In this document: positions 37,501-48,871 of the stretch, in pieces
Layout of the letters: each line of letters starts with the position of its first letter
Numbering within the stretch: position 1 is the stretch's first letter
NCBI GenBank assembly: GCA_964016885.1
Contig: OZ024747.1
Location: forward strand, 31,806,001 to 31,870,000
Direction: 5' to 3'
DNA from: Eledone cirrhosa
Taxonomy: Eukaryota
Length of the DNA: 64,000 nucleotides
Program-made: the position numbers and the translations under genes
Notes under the pieces: model-generated
Seen by the model: the letters and a program-made list of their open reading frames with translations, nothing else
The model's database searches: none
What the model was told of the DNA's origin: nothing

Positions 37501-38310
37501 AAGAAGTTTAGGGAACTACTACCACTGCTAGCTGCAAAAGGCTTCTCCCTCAGAATGAAAGGCAGACTATATGATGCGTGTATCCGAACAGCGATGTTGC
37601 ATGGTAGTGAGACCTGGGCGATGAAGGTGGAAGACTTACGTAGATTAGAGAGAAACGAAGCCTGCATGCTCCGATGGATGTGTAACAGTAATATACGTGA
37701 ACGACAAAGCATAAATGAATTGAGAGAGAGACTGAGCATAAGAGGAATCAAATGTTGTGTGCAGGAGAGGCGGTTGCGCTGGTATGGACATGTGATGCGT
37801 ATGAAGGATGACAGCTGCATAAAAAGGTGCAGAGCACTAGAAGTTGATGGAAACCGCGGAGTGGGGAGACCTAAGATGACGTGGGATGAGGTGATAAAAG
37901 CCGACCTTACCCAATTACACCTCTCAAAGACAATGACACACGACCGTGACTTCTGGCGTCACGCAGTAATACAGAGCACCCGACCTCCCATGGGAACATG
38001 CTGAAGCATATAAACAATATGCCCCCACACACCCCACCGCAAGGTGGTCGTGGAGGTGCCACGGCAAAAAAGCACCCAGCCCACACTGTAAAGTGGACGT
38101 GTAGGCGTCACGAAAAAGCACCCAGCACTCACAGTAAATGAGGTTGGTGTTAGGAAGGGCATCCAGCTGTAGAAATCAAGCCAGATCAGTTCCTGTATGA
38201 GCAAGGCATGGTCAGCCGACCAGACACTGCCCACAACAGGACAACCCGTCTAACCCATGCTAGCGTGGAAGAACGGACGTAAAACGGTGATGATGATGAT
38301 GATGATGATG
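34538..38310 (+). mobile_element. Full-length RTE-clade LINE inserted in (TA)n
   Basis: ~340-bp 5' UTR, single ORF, ~300-bp structured 3' UTR, (GAT)n tail. Confidence 0.95.
34882..38004 (+). CDS. RTE LINE polyprotein: APE endonuclease, RT, PHD-like finger (intact, 1040 aa)
   Basis: GTINVG, VQETRW, SAYAPQ, GDFNGHVG, QFGF, FVDLEKAFDRV, GVHQGSVLSP, YADD, FCYLG, RLRWYGHV, GRPKMTW. Confidence 0.97.
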   Translation: MNLRATKHPREEPTQRPSPTSVDKCPKLRVGTINVGSMKGRAEEIVDMLEQKEVDVCCVQETRWRGESARVLVGKSQCYKFFWVGNDDGMGGVGILLADKWVDKVISVYRVNARIMKLRLVLNKTITTIISAYAPQPGLPDELKDRFYESLIHTTALTDDKDFLIIAGDFNGHVGKHCDGFNRVHGGHGVGTRNEEGFRLLEFCDANDMSICNTNFKKPDNHLITYRSGEHSSQLDFILIRGRDRWTVVNTKAFPSEECTSQHSLVVSDLTVRTRRTRKQRPTWRRKIWKLKVPSTSNRFKDILLNAYDSKEEQIETFNVEENWEFLKNNLLEATDEVCGWSKTSSRRRVTWWWNNKVDEAVKAKRQAWKEWKNGGSRVHYIETKREARRQLYLARREAEDRKFKHVLQREEQKQEVFKIARQCVRDSCDVIGEKCIRNDKGELALTSAEKKDAWKSHYDRLLNEENAWEEETLPQVDPIEGPAVQVSSSVVSKAIKDMKMGKATGPSGIAAEMLKASGSVGHNITTRIVNQVILEGAIPKDWCSSIIVNCYKGKGDALDRGNYRGIKLMDQIMKVTERVIAQLIRDRVNIDEMQFGFVPGRSTTDALFLVRQLHEKYLAKSKPLYLAFVDLEKAFDRVPRAVIWWALRKLGVDEWLVKAVQAMYRGAVSKVRISNEYSEEFSVQVGVHQGSVLSPLLFIIVLQAITEEFKTGCPWELLYADDLALIAESMVELENKFQTWKQGLERKGLKVNMTKTEVLVSRRENRTQIPSGKWPCSVCRKGVGRNSILFPKCKQWVHKRCSGISGSLIKNVGFTCSSCAETAISKQPQETSTTNLWEGPVETVDSFCYLGDRISNGGGCSESTITRVRTGWKKFRELLPLLAAKGFSLRMKGRLYDACIRTAMLHGSETWAMKVEDLRRLERNEACMLRWMCNSNIRERQSINELRERLSIRGIKCCVQERRLRWYGHVMRMKDDSCIKRCRALEVDGNRGVGRPKMTWDEVIKADLTQLHLSKTMTHDRDFWRHAVIQSTRPPMGTC

Positions 38311-38514
38311 GATATATATATACAATATAAAGAAATACACAGACACACGCGAATACATTCATATACATGAATATACCAAAATATATCCCTGAATTTGTGT
38401 GGTGCCAACCTTAACCGTTGTTGCTCTATGAATAATCGGGACAAAATAATCCGAATGGATTAGATTGATTCAATATCAGAGCTGTGGACGTGTTTTGAAA
38501 CTCTTAATGAGGTA

Positions 38515-38607
38515 TCTTCTTGATAAGTCGGCAAACCTCACAAAAATACTGCATCTCTGTGATGTAGTGTTTTTGCATAAGAAGCCACGAAACTACGTAG
38601 TCGAGGA
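38515..38607 (+). ncRNA. Hammerhead ribozyme with U3-A8 core, in TA-flanked insertion ~38322-38680
   Basis: TCTTC-TTGATAA-GTCGGC..[hairpin]..GCCAC-GAAA-CTACGTAG-TC-GAGGA. Confidence 0.78.
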
Positions 38608-38678
38608 GAAATGAAGAAATTTGGGTATGGTATATCTTATTAATTATATCTAATGTTTCTTCTTTCTTTATAATGTAT

Positions 38679-38719
<41 letters not shown>

Positions 38720-38963
38720 GCATCTATATATATATATATAATCATCATCATCATCAACATCATCATTTTACATCCACTTTTCCCTGCTTGCAAGGGTGGG
38801 ACGGGAACTGATTCTGGCTTGATTTCTACAGCTGAGTGGTGGGTGCTTTTTTTTTTCCGTGGCATCTAAACGTCCACTTTACAGTATATATATATGATTT
38901 CTCACGAACGAAACAGTTCTAGTACTGTAGAAGCTTTTCTATATTAATATATATATATAGATT

Positions 38964-39004
<41 letters not shown>

Positions 39005-39008
<4 letters not shown>

Positions 39009-39071
39009 ATAATAATAAATTTGAAGACTAAAAGCAGCGATTCTTTGCTTAAACTTTAATCTATTATTTTA

Positions 39072-39102
<31 letters not shown>

Positions 39103-39170
39103 ACGAAGGAAATGAGAATTAGCCGTCGAAACGGCTTGAGCTCAGCTGTCGGGGTCTTACTGGTTCCTAT
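39005..39170. mobile_element. Two ~70-bp 'ends-only' PLE insertions (39005-39078 and 39101-39170)
   Basis: Each is an inverted tail end fused to the pLTR end, of the 19764 and 19545 families respectively. Confidence 0.75.
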
Positions 39171-39197
39171 ATATATATATATATAGTTATATATATA

Positions 39198-41078
39198 TAG
39201 TTGCTGAAATGTTGAAGGTATCTGGAATGGTTGGAAATACTATGTTCACACGGATAGTAAAACAAGTAATTCAGAATGGGGTCATACCAAATGACTGGCG
39301 TAGCAGCATCATCATCAAATGTTACAAAGGCAAAGGAGATGCCCTGGATAGAGGAAACTATAGGGGTATTAAATTAGTTGACCAAATCATGAAAGTCACA
39401 GAAAGAGTTATGATTAAGAGACCAAATTGATCTAGATGAAATGCAGTTTGGGTTTGTGCCAAGTAAAAGCACCACGGATGCACTTTTCCTTGTACGGCAA
39501 ATACAGGAGAAGTACCGGGCTAACAGTAAACCCCTCTACTTAGCTTTGTTGACCAGGAGAATGTCTTTGACAGAGTGCCACCCACCTTAATCTGCTGGGC
39601 TCTTAGAAAACTAGGAGTGGAAGAATGGTTTGTGAGAGATATACGAGCCATGTATAGAGGAACAGTCAGCAAGGTTAAAATTAACAATGAATTTAGTGTA
39701 ATAGTAAGGTGCACCAGGGCTCCATTCTTAACCCCCTCTTATTTATTATTGTCCTACAGGCCATAACAGAGGGGTTTAAGACTAGCTGCCCATGGAAACT
39801 TCTATATGCAGATGATCTAACTCTCAGCTGAACCTATGGCTGAACTAGAGAGGAAATTCCAAACATGGAAGCATGGCCTTGAATCAAAAGGTCCTTTGAG
39901 TCAACTTGTCTAAGACTAAGGTTCTAGTATGCAGAAAGGAGAATAGGGCACAGGTACCCTCTGGGAAATGGTCATGCTTAGTATGTTATAAAGGAGTAGG
40001 CAGAAACTCCTTTCTATGTCCCAAATGCAAACTATGGGTACATAAAAGATGTAGTAGGATCAGAGGTAAGCTATCTATGAATGTAGATTTTATATGTGGC
40101 CAATACTCAGGTGCAGTAAGTAGCAAGGACCCACTGGATGATATCTCCTTCAACTGCCCAGATGGTTCTATAGAAATAGTAGACACCTTCCGTTACCTGG
40201 GTGACAAAATCAGCAGTGGAGTAGCCAGTGTTAGAATGGGATGGAAAAAGTTCAGAGAGCTAATACCGCTGTTGGCCACAAGGGGGTTTTTCTCTAAAAA
40301 TGAAAGGCAGATTGTATGATGCATGTTTACAGATGATGATATTACATGGTAGTGAAACTTAGGCATTGTGTGCTGAAGACCTGCGTAGATTAGAAAGAAA
40401 TGAAGCTTGCATGCTCCGATGGATGTGTAATAGTATTGTGTGCGAATGGCGAAGCATAAACGAACTAAGAGGGAGACTAAGCATGAGATGAATCAAATGT
40501 TGTGTTCTGGAGAGGAGATTGCATTGGTATGGACATGTGATGCATATGATGGATGATGGATGACAGCTGTATAAAAATGTGCAGGGCAATGAAAATTGAT
40601 GGAAGCTACAGAGTGGGTAGACCAAGAAAAACCTGGGACGAGGTGATAAATACTGACCTTGCCCACCTATACCTCTCTAAGACAATGTCACTGGATCGAA
40701 ATCTTCGGTGCCATGCAGTTGTACAGAAGTCCCGACTGCCATTGCATACAAACCTACAGTCAGGAGGCACCTCTTAACCCAATGTACACCCCACCGCCTC
40801 ATCATACCCCATCCTCCCTCTCCCGTTCCGTCCACTGTGTCGATGACACAACAGTCCACATGTAAGGTGGCCGTGTAGGAGACACGGTTAAAAGGCTCCC
40901 AGTCCACACTGTAAATATAGTTGGTGTTAGGAAGGGCATCCAGCTTTTAAAAAAAACCTGCCAGAGACACTTCCGTGTGAGTGAGACATGGTCTCCTGAC
41001 CATTCCCGCATCAAATGGAACAAAACCAACTAACCCATATTAGTGTGGAAGATGGACGTTAAACGATGATGATGATGA
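39198..41078 (+). pseudogene. Decayed 5'-truncated RTE LINE
   Basis: Frameshifted RT, intact-looking PHD motif (CLVC..CPKC..HKRC), 3' UTR and (GAT)n. Confidence 0.95.
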
Positions 41079-41091
41079 TAAATATATATAT

Positions 41092-41590
41092 AAGTTTATC
41101 CAGCGTTCAATCGGGTGTAACCACAGTAAGTAAGGTACTCAATACATAGCAGATTATAAATATTTAATATAAAAAAGGCTTCTAAAACACTAGAACTGTT
41201 TTATTCAGGAGAAATCATGAGGAAGCCAACCGTCCAATAATATGGTGGTATTTATACCTTTTCTGGTAGTAGGAGAGGATGGTGATTGGGATGGGTGGAG
41301 GTCATTGGTTGATGAATTTAAAGAAGGAGGAATTCTTTAAAAACTATATTTAGAGTAACAAAGGTAGAAAGAATTCAAGCTAAGTGCCTGTAGAGAGGTT
41401 CATACTGGAGGGGTGGCACTCCTAATTTTTAAGGTTCATTTAAGCTAACAATGGCTATTCATTGGTAGCTCTGCTGGAATGGTCATGTGTCTACAATGAC
41501 ACACGCATACACACACACATGCCCTCACACCCACATGCACAAACGCACACTCGTATACATATATATATTCACATATATACATACATATAT
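41092..41590 (-). mobile_element. PLE 3' arm with degenerate HHR (41177-41227). Inverted copy at 49665-50100
   Basis: Terminus GTAACCACAGTAAGTAAGGTACTCAATACATAGCAG is shared with ~57161. Confidence 0.8.
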
Positions 41591-41717
41591 ATATACACAC
41601 ATACATATATATATATACGTATAAACAAACATATATGTGTGTGTGTGTATATATATATAATATACACACACATATATGTTTGTGTGTATATATATATAAT
41701 CTACACACACACATATA

Positions 41718-41781
<64 letters not shown>

Positions 41782-41782
<1 letters not shown>

Positions 41783-41900
41783 TAGCTGAGCTACCTGATG
41801 ATTCCCGGGTATTTTATTAAAGTTACAATATTTGACTATTGAAATATGATTCCTGAATTTTAACTAAAGTAGAAATTATAGCAGAATATCGACTGACGTT
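41782..41900 (-). mobile_element. Helitron 3' terminus (extent unknown)
   Basis: Minus reads ACCCGGGAATCATCAGGT-AGCTCAG-CTAG|T, parallel to the 46587 terminus. Confidence 0.5.
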
Positions 41901-42379
41901 TGTTTAAAGTAAATCATGTAGATAAAAATATTATTAGTTTTGTCCAGTGGTGGTTTTTTAATACTGCTCCCTTTTACAGTCAGCATATATAATGCTTCGT
42001 ACTTGGAAGAATCATTAGGTATGTCAGTGAAAAGGGTATGACCAAAATAATAAATTTAGATTTTATTTATCCTTTTTTTTTGCACAATCAGAACCTCTGA
42101 AATTCAAACAAAATATGAAGGCTATTTTAAAAAGCATAAATAAAATAAAATAAAAAAAATAAATTTACCATTGGTTTATGAATGAATGAAGAATTTACTC
42201 ACTCATTTCTGTAATTCAGGAAAGTTTATGTAAATGTGTGTAAGTGTGGTAAATATATACATATACACCAGGAACCAAATTCCCACTGTCACTGCCTCCA
42301 TCTCTTCCGATCCTCCCATCACTCACTATTATGAGCAAATGGGGGCCCATGCGCTGGCCGCCCAGCAGCCCCGGCGGTC

Positions 42380-42612
42380 GGAATAGAGGATGGTGAGGGA
42401 GACGCGTTGGAAAATTCATTCTGGCTTGCGAGGCTCACCTCTGCAGGTAGCCAACTCTGTGCCGATGGTGGTGAGTTGGGGGGTAGCCCTAGAGCCAAGG
42501 ACACCAGTAGTCTTCATTGCTATGGGCTCAACAACAAATCTGTCAGAGGGCGACCAATATTTGGAGAGTTTACGCTCCTTGGCCCAAAGTGCGGCAGAGC
42601 CTGGGTTAATTA
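42380..42612 (-). pseudogene. Relic of a CRE-type non-LTR retrotransposon RLE endonuclease C-terminus
   Basis: PGSAALWAKERKLSKY..DRFVVEPIAMKTTGVLG..IGTELATCRGEPRKPE*IFQRVSLTI. Confidence 0.6.
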
Positions 42613-42852
42613 ACATTTTTACACTGTAGCTTTCACCAACTTTTACTTCTATGGCAGTAGGATCTTGTTTGAGGGAGATTTGTTTTCTATTTTAGGTACA
42701 CCAAGAGTTATAGTAGGTTCCATGACATACATACACACACACACATGCATGTGTGTGTGTGTATGTAAGACTGTTTGCTGTGATTTGAAATGGATTTTGC
42801 TAATATTTCTAATAGATCGAGGTGTCACATACAACCTTTCCTTTTTGCTTCA

Positions 42853-42906
<54 letters not shown>

Positions 42907-43213
42907 GTATAAAAGAGAAATCACAGGTAAGCATTAAGCATTAATACTTTATACTCCAAAATTGAACGGAATTCTTACAAACTTGTGGAGTTACCCCTAA
43001 CCGTACGTTGAAACCATCCATGAAACTGGCTTTCTTAACCAAGAACTGGATCACAATAATCAATTTTTTGCTTCTCTAACTATATATATACATATATATA
43101 TGTATATATATATATTTATATACATGAGACAGTAGACTGGGACATATATGATGATAAACACTCACAGGCACACACACACACACACAAACTTGTCTCTAAT
43201 TTAAGAATGCTGA

Positions 43214-43255
<42 letters not shown>

Positions 43256-43446
43256 CATACACACAGTGCCATTAGGACTTTTGTGAAAGAGAGAGAGAGA
43301 AAGAGAAGTAACGTTAAGAAAGGAGTTAGTTAAGAAGTGTTTAAAAAAATAAAAATAAAAGTTAGTTATCGAACTATGCTATCATTTTTCTGTTTTCTTT
43401 CTCTCTCTTCCGTAATCCCCCCTCTCTCTCTTTCTTTTGCTCTCTT

Positions 43447-43630
43447 TCTTGCTCTCACTATAATCCTCTCTCTCTCATCCACTCTCTTTCTCTCTTATCT
43501 ATCTCCTCTCTCTCATCCACTCTCTTTCTCTCTTATCTATCTCCTCTCTCTCATCCACTCTCTTTCTCTCTTATCTATCTCCTCTCTCTCATCCACTCTC
43601 TTTCTCTCTTATCTATCTCCTCTCTCTCTT
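43447..43630 (+). repeat. ~39-bp CT-rich minisatellite (~4.5 units)
   Basis: CTCTCTCTCATCCACTCTCTTTCTCTCTTATCTATCTC repeated. Confidence 0.9.
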
Positions 43631-43824
43631 TCTCTACAGAATGAAGAACAAAAATACAAGCAAGTTGTTGCTTCGTTTTGGAAGACGGAGTTGTGGGAGG
43701 AGAAAGGAGAGTAATGGGACGGAGGGTTTAACGTTTCCTGGGGTTCCATTATTGATTTTATTGAAATCCAATTAGCCAGTCCTCTTCCTGAATATTAGCT
43801 TAATAAGTATGTAAGGTTTCATCA

Positions 43825-43896
43825 GGATCAGATCAATGGATTCGACGCCAACTGGTTACACACAGACAGCCAGAAATTGCCATTTATATAGTAGAT

Positions 43897-43933
<37 letters not shown>

Positions 43934-44025
43934 GTGAAAGAATCACAAATAACATGGTCGGCTGTACAATATACATACATATATGTATGTATATTGTACA
44001 GCCGACCATGTTATTTGTGATTCTT

Positions 44026-44094
<69 letters not shown>

Positions 44095-44164
44095 CTACTA
44101 TATAAATGGCAATTTCTGGCTGTCTGTGTGTAACCAGTTGGCGTCGAATCCATTGATCTGATCC
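43825..44164. repeat. 340-bp nested palindrome
   Basis: Outer ~70-bp arms and inner ~50-bp arms (a PLE end related to 18550-18590) are inverted about ~43981. Confidence 0.9.
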
Positions 44165-44547
44165 GATGTATGTGTATATATGTGTGTATGTGTGTGTGTA
44201 TATATATATATACATATATACACACATACATGCATACATAACTACACACACATACATATATATATGTACATATATACACACATATATACACTTACACATA
44301 CACACACACACATACATATATATACAGAAATACACACACACACATATATATATACATACAGATACATACATATATGTATATACAAACACATATATATACA
44401 TACACACATACATATCTATACATATATATATACATATACACACATATATATATACATACATATATATATATACATACATATATATATATACATATATATA
44501 TAAATACATACACCTAAATACATACACACACATATATAAACACATAT

Positions 44548-44623
<76 letters not shown>

Positions 44624-44831
44624 ATATATATATATATACACATATATACATATAAATACACACACAGGCGCAATACAAGTACGTTATGCATGTAGAAAAG
44701 GCAATTAGGTAAGATGTATTTACATAACCATAGTACCGTGAGGGGGATCGAGAGGGGGCTTGGGTTGAGGGTAGGGGGTAAGGCAGGATGGGGGAGGAGG
44801 GGACATTTTGTAGAGTGGCGTTTCTTGAATA

Positions 44832-46210
44832 CTATTCATATGGCACCAAGACTGGCTTGGGATATTTGTAAGCTGCAAAGTTTTTGTGCATGCAATTCGG
44901 GCAGTGCTCAGAGAGTTTGTTCAGTGTCGGGTCCTTGGCAAATAATATTTCGTAGCTCTCTGAAATACAAAGGTCACAGCACTTGTGTCCTCCCATGTAT
45001 GAGCATGCTCTCTGGAGTAATTTTCCCTTGAGCGTGAAGGGGTGGAGTCCCTCTGGAGGTCCCAGACTTAGGAGGCAAGTGTTTCTGATTGGATTTGTCC
45101 GGTCTTCTGAGGGAGTGGGTATGAACATACCACTGGGTCTTAAAAGTGTTGGAAGTCATGCCAATATAAGTATTTTTGTTGTCACCAATGCCTGAGACGA
45201 CATCACATTTATATACATTGTCATTTGTCAGGCATTTGTTTTCGAGTGGACAAGCTTCCTTATTTTGTCAGTTGCATAAAGCTCCCGTCCGGGGATGGGT
45301 TTCGGAAGTAGTAGGCTTATTTAATTTAGCAGTGTTGAGATTGGCTATATTCCTTGTTAAGTTAGGTGTAGTGGAGAAGGAGAGTCTTATTGAAATCTTA
45401 TTAAAGATAGTGTAGTACCTATTTTTCGTGGAGAAGTGCTTATTCAGCAATTTGAAGAGAGTCCTAGCTTTTGATGTAGAAACCTCTCTGTTGAAGGGGG
45501 GGGGGGGGGGTTTATACCAACTAATCTGCCTATGCCTATTTCTCCTAGGTTGTCTTCGGGTGGTTTCTAGATAAGTAACCGTTTCTCTAAAGCCACTGAG
45601 GGCAAGGGCGACGTTGTAATAAGGGGCAGAGGCACTAAAGATGTCTTCATTGGCTGAGAGACCGGAAATTCTGAGAGAAATATTTTAACTAAGTTATCTG
45701 TAATATTTTTGGTGTGGTTCGAACTAACATTTATGTATCTGAGGGATTCGTTATGTTTGTGGCATGGGTAATAGAGGGAAGTATCTATGTCGAGAGTAAC
45801 ATCTAAAAAGTTGGCCCTAGTCATATTTGATTCTATGCTTATTCTAAATCCTAGATTACGGAAGAACGAGCTTAAGTTTTTCCGAAACCCATCAGTGGTT
45901 CTGGGGTTTACTTTGTGCAAAGCAAAAAGGCCATCATCTCGGTATAATCCTCCGGTTAGGCCTGTGAAGAGGTTCTTCAGGTGGTATAAGATGTACAGGC
46001 CCACGAGGTCACTGACTTCCAGCGAGACATTTGCACCCATGCTGACGTCAATTGGGGTCTCAGACTTCTTGTTAATCCAGTAAGATCCTCCGTAATGTAA
46101 AAACGTCTTACGGGCGTGAAGGATCACATCCTGCTCAGCGTTGGTTATGGTGGTAAAATTCCTGGGGAAAGCAAGTACATCCTTCAGTAGAGGCCTGAGA
46201 TAGAAGCATA
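44832..46210 (-). pseudogene. Decayed Naiad-like PLE (RT + GIY-YIG)
   Basis: SMGA..SDLVGLYIL, GGLYRDDG, NFLDVTLD, CN*QNKEACPLENKC, TYIGMTSNTFK, CDLCISE. Frameshifted. Confidence 0.92.
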
Positions 46211-46586
46211 ACTTACTTGTATTGCGTGTGTGTGTGTATATATGTGTATATATATATAGATATGTGTGTGTGTATATATGTGTACACACGTAGGTACGTG
46301 TGTGTATATGTATGTGTATCTATGTGTGTGTATGTATGTGTGTATAAGTATGTATATGTGCGCGCGTGTGTGTGTGTGTGCGTGTATAAATAAACATATA
46401 TATATGCATTTATTTATTTATTTAATACTACTGCTACCATTAGACTTTGTGAAAGCGATGTTCTAACTCCAATTCTAATTCGTAATAGAAGTTCTACAGA
46501 GAGGAATGTAGTATACAATATTTTTCTAATACACATATTGACAGGGCAACAGAAACTGTGTGATTAATATTAACTTTATATATATA

Positions 46587-47437
46587 CCAGCAGCACTACC
46601 CAGCGTTTCCTGGGTAGGTAAAATAATATCTGCTTTGATGAAAAGGTGTTGATCTTAGCGACTGCGAGTTTCTTGAAAATCGGTCGTAAGCAAATGGCAA
46701 AATGTTGAGTGAAATCGTATGGAATATGTGGGAGGTGGAAAAAATCGTATTTTTAAGAGTTAAACGGCTGCCACGCCGTCCCTGAACGAAAAAGCAAAGT
46801 GTTAAGCTACTATAAGATGTGCAATGATAGGGTTTATCGTAGTATAAAAGTTGAACAAAATAAATTGATTTATGTGTGAGGTGGAGCCGAAGTTTCGAAT
46901 TTGAACGAAATCGGTTGAAAAATGTGGGAGCTAGAGACGAAATGGCGGAAATTTGAGCGAAAAGGTAGTATTTTCGAATATTTAAGCGGTTGCCACGCCG
47001 TTCCTAAAGAAAAAATCCAAAATGTAAAGCCACTTTAAGACGTGGAATAATCAGCTCTAGTGTTTGAACAAATTAGGTAGATTAATGTGGGAGTTATGCC
47101 AAAAAAGTGGAAATTTGAGTCTAAAAGTGGTATTTTTGAATATTTAAGCGGCTGCCACGCCGTCCCTGAACAACAAATGCAAAATATAAAGCTACTACAG
47201 GATGTGCAATGATAAATTCTATTTTGCTTTAAAATTTGAACAAAATCGGTGGCAAAATGTGGGAGCTAGAGCCAAAATCTTATTTTTCGAGACCTAAAAA
47301 AGGGTGCCCCCCCCCTATCGATTTTTACCTGCAGAATCTATGAGCCTGTAAAGTTTCATGAAAATCGGTCGTAAGATGTAGGCCCCTATAGGTAATACAC
47401 AGACGCACACACATACTTAATTTTATATATATACAGA
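46587..47437 (-). mobile_element. Non-autonomous Helitron with three internal ~180-210-bp repeats
   Basis: Minus 5' A|TCTGTATATATATAAAA followed by a GT microsatellite. 3' hairpin ACCCAG-GAAACG-CTGGGT then CTGG|T. TGCCACGCCGT recurs at ~46769, ~46991 and ~47153. Confidence 0.8.
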
Positions 47438-48007
47438 TTTAAACTTTACCAATGTTTGTCCATTGCCCACATACGCTACAACTATAAATAGTTACATTTC
47501 AAACATTAAAGCTTTGCATTACACGCAACATAAACATTTTACAATGACTCCAATATAAACATATTTGAATGCTACTAACTTGTCATGTATTATTTACATT
47601 ACATAACATTTATATCTATGCTATCATTACGTATCTGTTTTACCATAATGCATGCTTCTATTAACATTCTGTGTTTTATGTTTCATACAATCACTTTTAG
47701 TTATATCCTTATTATGACAACTTTCAATACTTTGATATCTTTTTACTAAAATATCATGTATTTCCTTGCTATCATTTTGCATCTGTATTACCTTTATGTA
47801 TACTATTATTAACTTGATGTGTAATATGCTTATTATACTCACTTTAAGTAATAACTTTTTTATAACAATATGTTGCTATCTGTTCACTATAATATCATAT
47901 TGTTTCTTTTGCTTTTCAATATGATGTCACTGACATTGTGTATAATAATGTATCTTAATGAATGTTCTAAAGACTAGGAAAGTAATTAATTGTTTAAACA
48001 TTGTGTA

Positions 48008-48054
48008 TGCTCCGATGATCCCAGACAGTCGTATGGAAGAAACGATCGTCAGCA
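48008..48054 (+). ncRNA. Hammerhead ribozyme, U4C core, at the end of an AT-rich UTR (~47460-48073)
   Basis: TGCT-CCGATGA-TCCCA..TGGAA-GAAA-CGATCG-TC-AGCA. Confidence 0.72.
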
Positions 48055-48069
48055 ATTAAATGCATGAAG

Positions 48070-48121
<52 letters not shown>

Positions 48122-48250
48122 GTGAGGTTTCTTTACAAAATGAAAAATAACCGAGGTGTCCTACACGCGTGAAAGTATAAAGAAAAAAAGATGAAATCAA
48201 AAATGCAACTGGAGTCTTATTTTTTTAAAAATATATATATTTATTTGGTT

Positions 48251-48290
48251 CCTTTACCGGTTTCGCAGTTTTTTTGCTTTTCAAAAGTAG
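48251..48290 (-). ncRNA. Possible hammerhead, U3-A8 core
   Basis: Reverse complement reads CTT-TTGAAAA-GCA(7)TGC-GAAA-CCGG-TA-AAG. Stem I is only 3 bp. Confidence 0.5.
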
Positions 48291-48391
48291 GGTTGAGAGG
48301 GAAGGTCTGTGGTTTCTCTCACTATATATATATAAACCAACCAAACAGTGAGTGTGTTCTGTTATTATTTCTGGCAATATTATTACAATAT

Positions 48392-48582
48392 GGCGGTGGA
48401 TTGGCAGTATCGGTAGAGGGTCGGACGCCATGCTTTGACGCTTAGAGTTACAGCCCTTGCCATTCTGAGTTCAAATCCCGCTGAGGTTAACTTTGCCTTT
48501 CATCCTTACGGGGTCGATAAAATAAAGTACCAGTAATGCACTGGGTAATTGCTGGCCTTGTGCCAAAAGTAGAAACAATTAT
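48392..48582 (+). mobile_element. Meta-type tRNA SINE, full length
   Basis: A/B boxes and Meta motif. ATTATTACAA flanks both sides. Confidence 0.9.
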
Positions 48583-48871
48583 TACAACAATATGACCCTC
48601 TCCAAGTATAGCAATATATATGTATATATGTATATGTGTGTGTATTTGTATGCGTGTATGATTGTATATGTTTGTGTGTGTAGATATATATATATGTATA
48701 TATTTATATATATATATAAGTATGTATATATATATATATGTATGTGTCTGTATATTTGTGTATATGTATGTTTGTATGTATGTTTATATATATATATGTG
48801 TGTATATATACACATATATATATATATATACACATATATATATATATATATACACATATATATATATATAT

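Noticed and set aside
35322-37820. Antisense ORFs over the RTE (and similar ones over other RTE/PLE copies)
   Set aside because: Shadows of the sense coding frame with no independent motifs.
41790-41815. CTGATGA as a hammerhead core
   Set aside because: No suitably placed GAAA/stem III/stem I. It is part of a Helitron 3' hairpin.
42600-42612. piggyBac terminus (TTAA-CCC)
   Set aside because: No partner TIR was found, and the sequence reads as CRE-like coding sequence.
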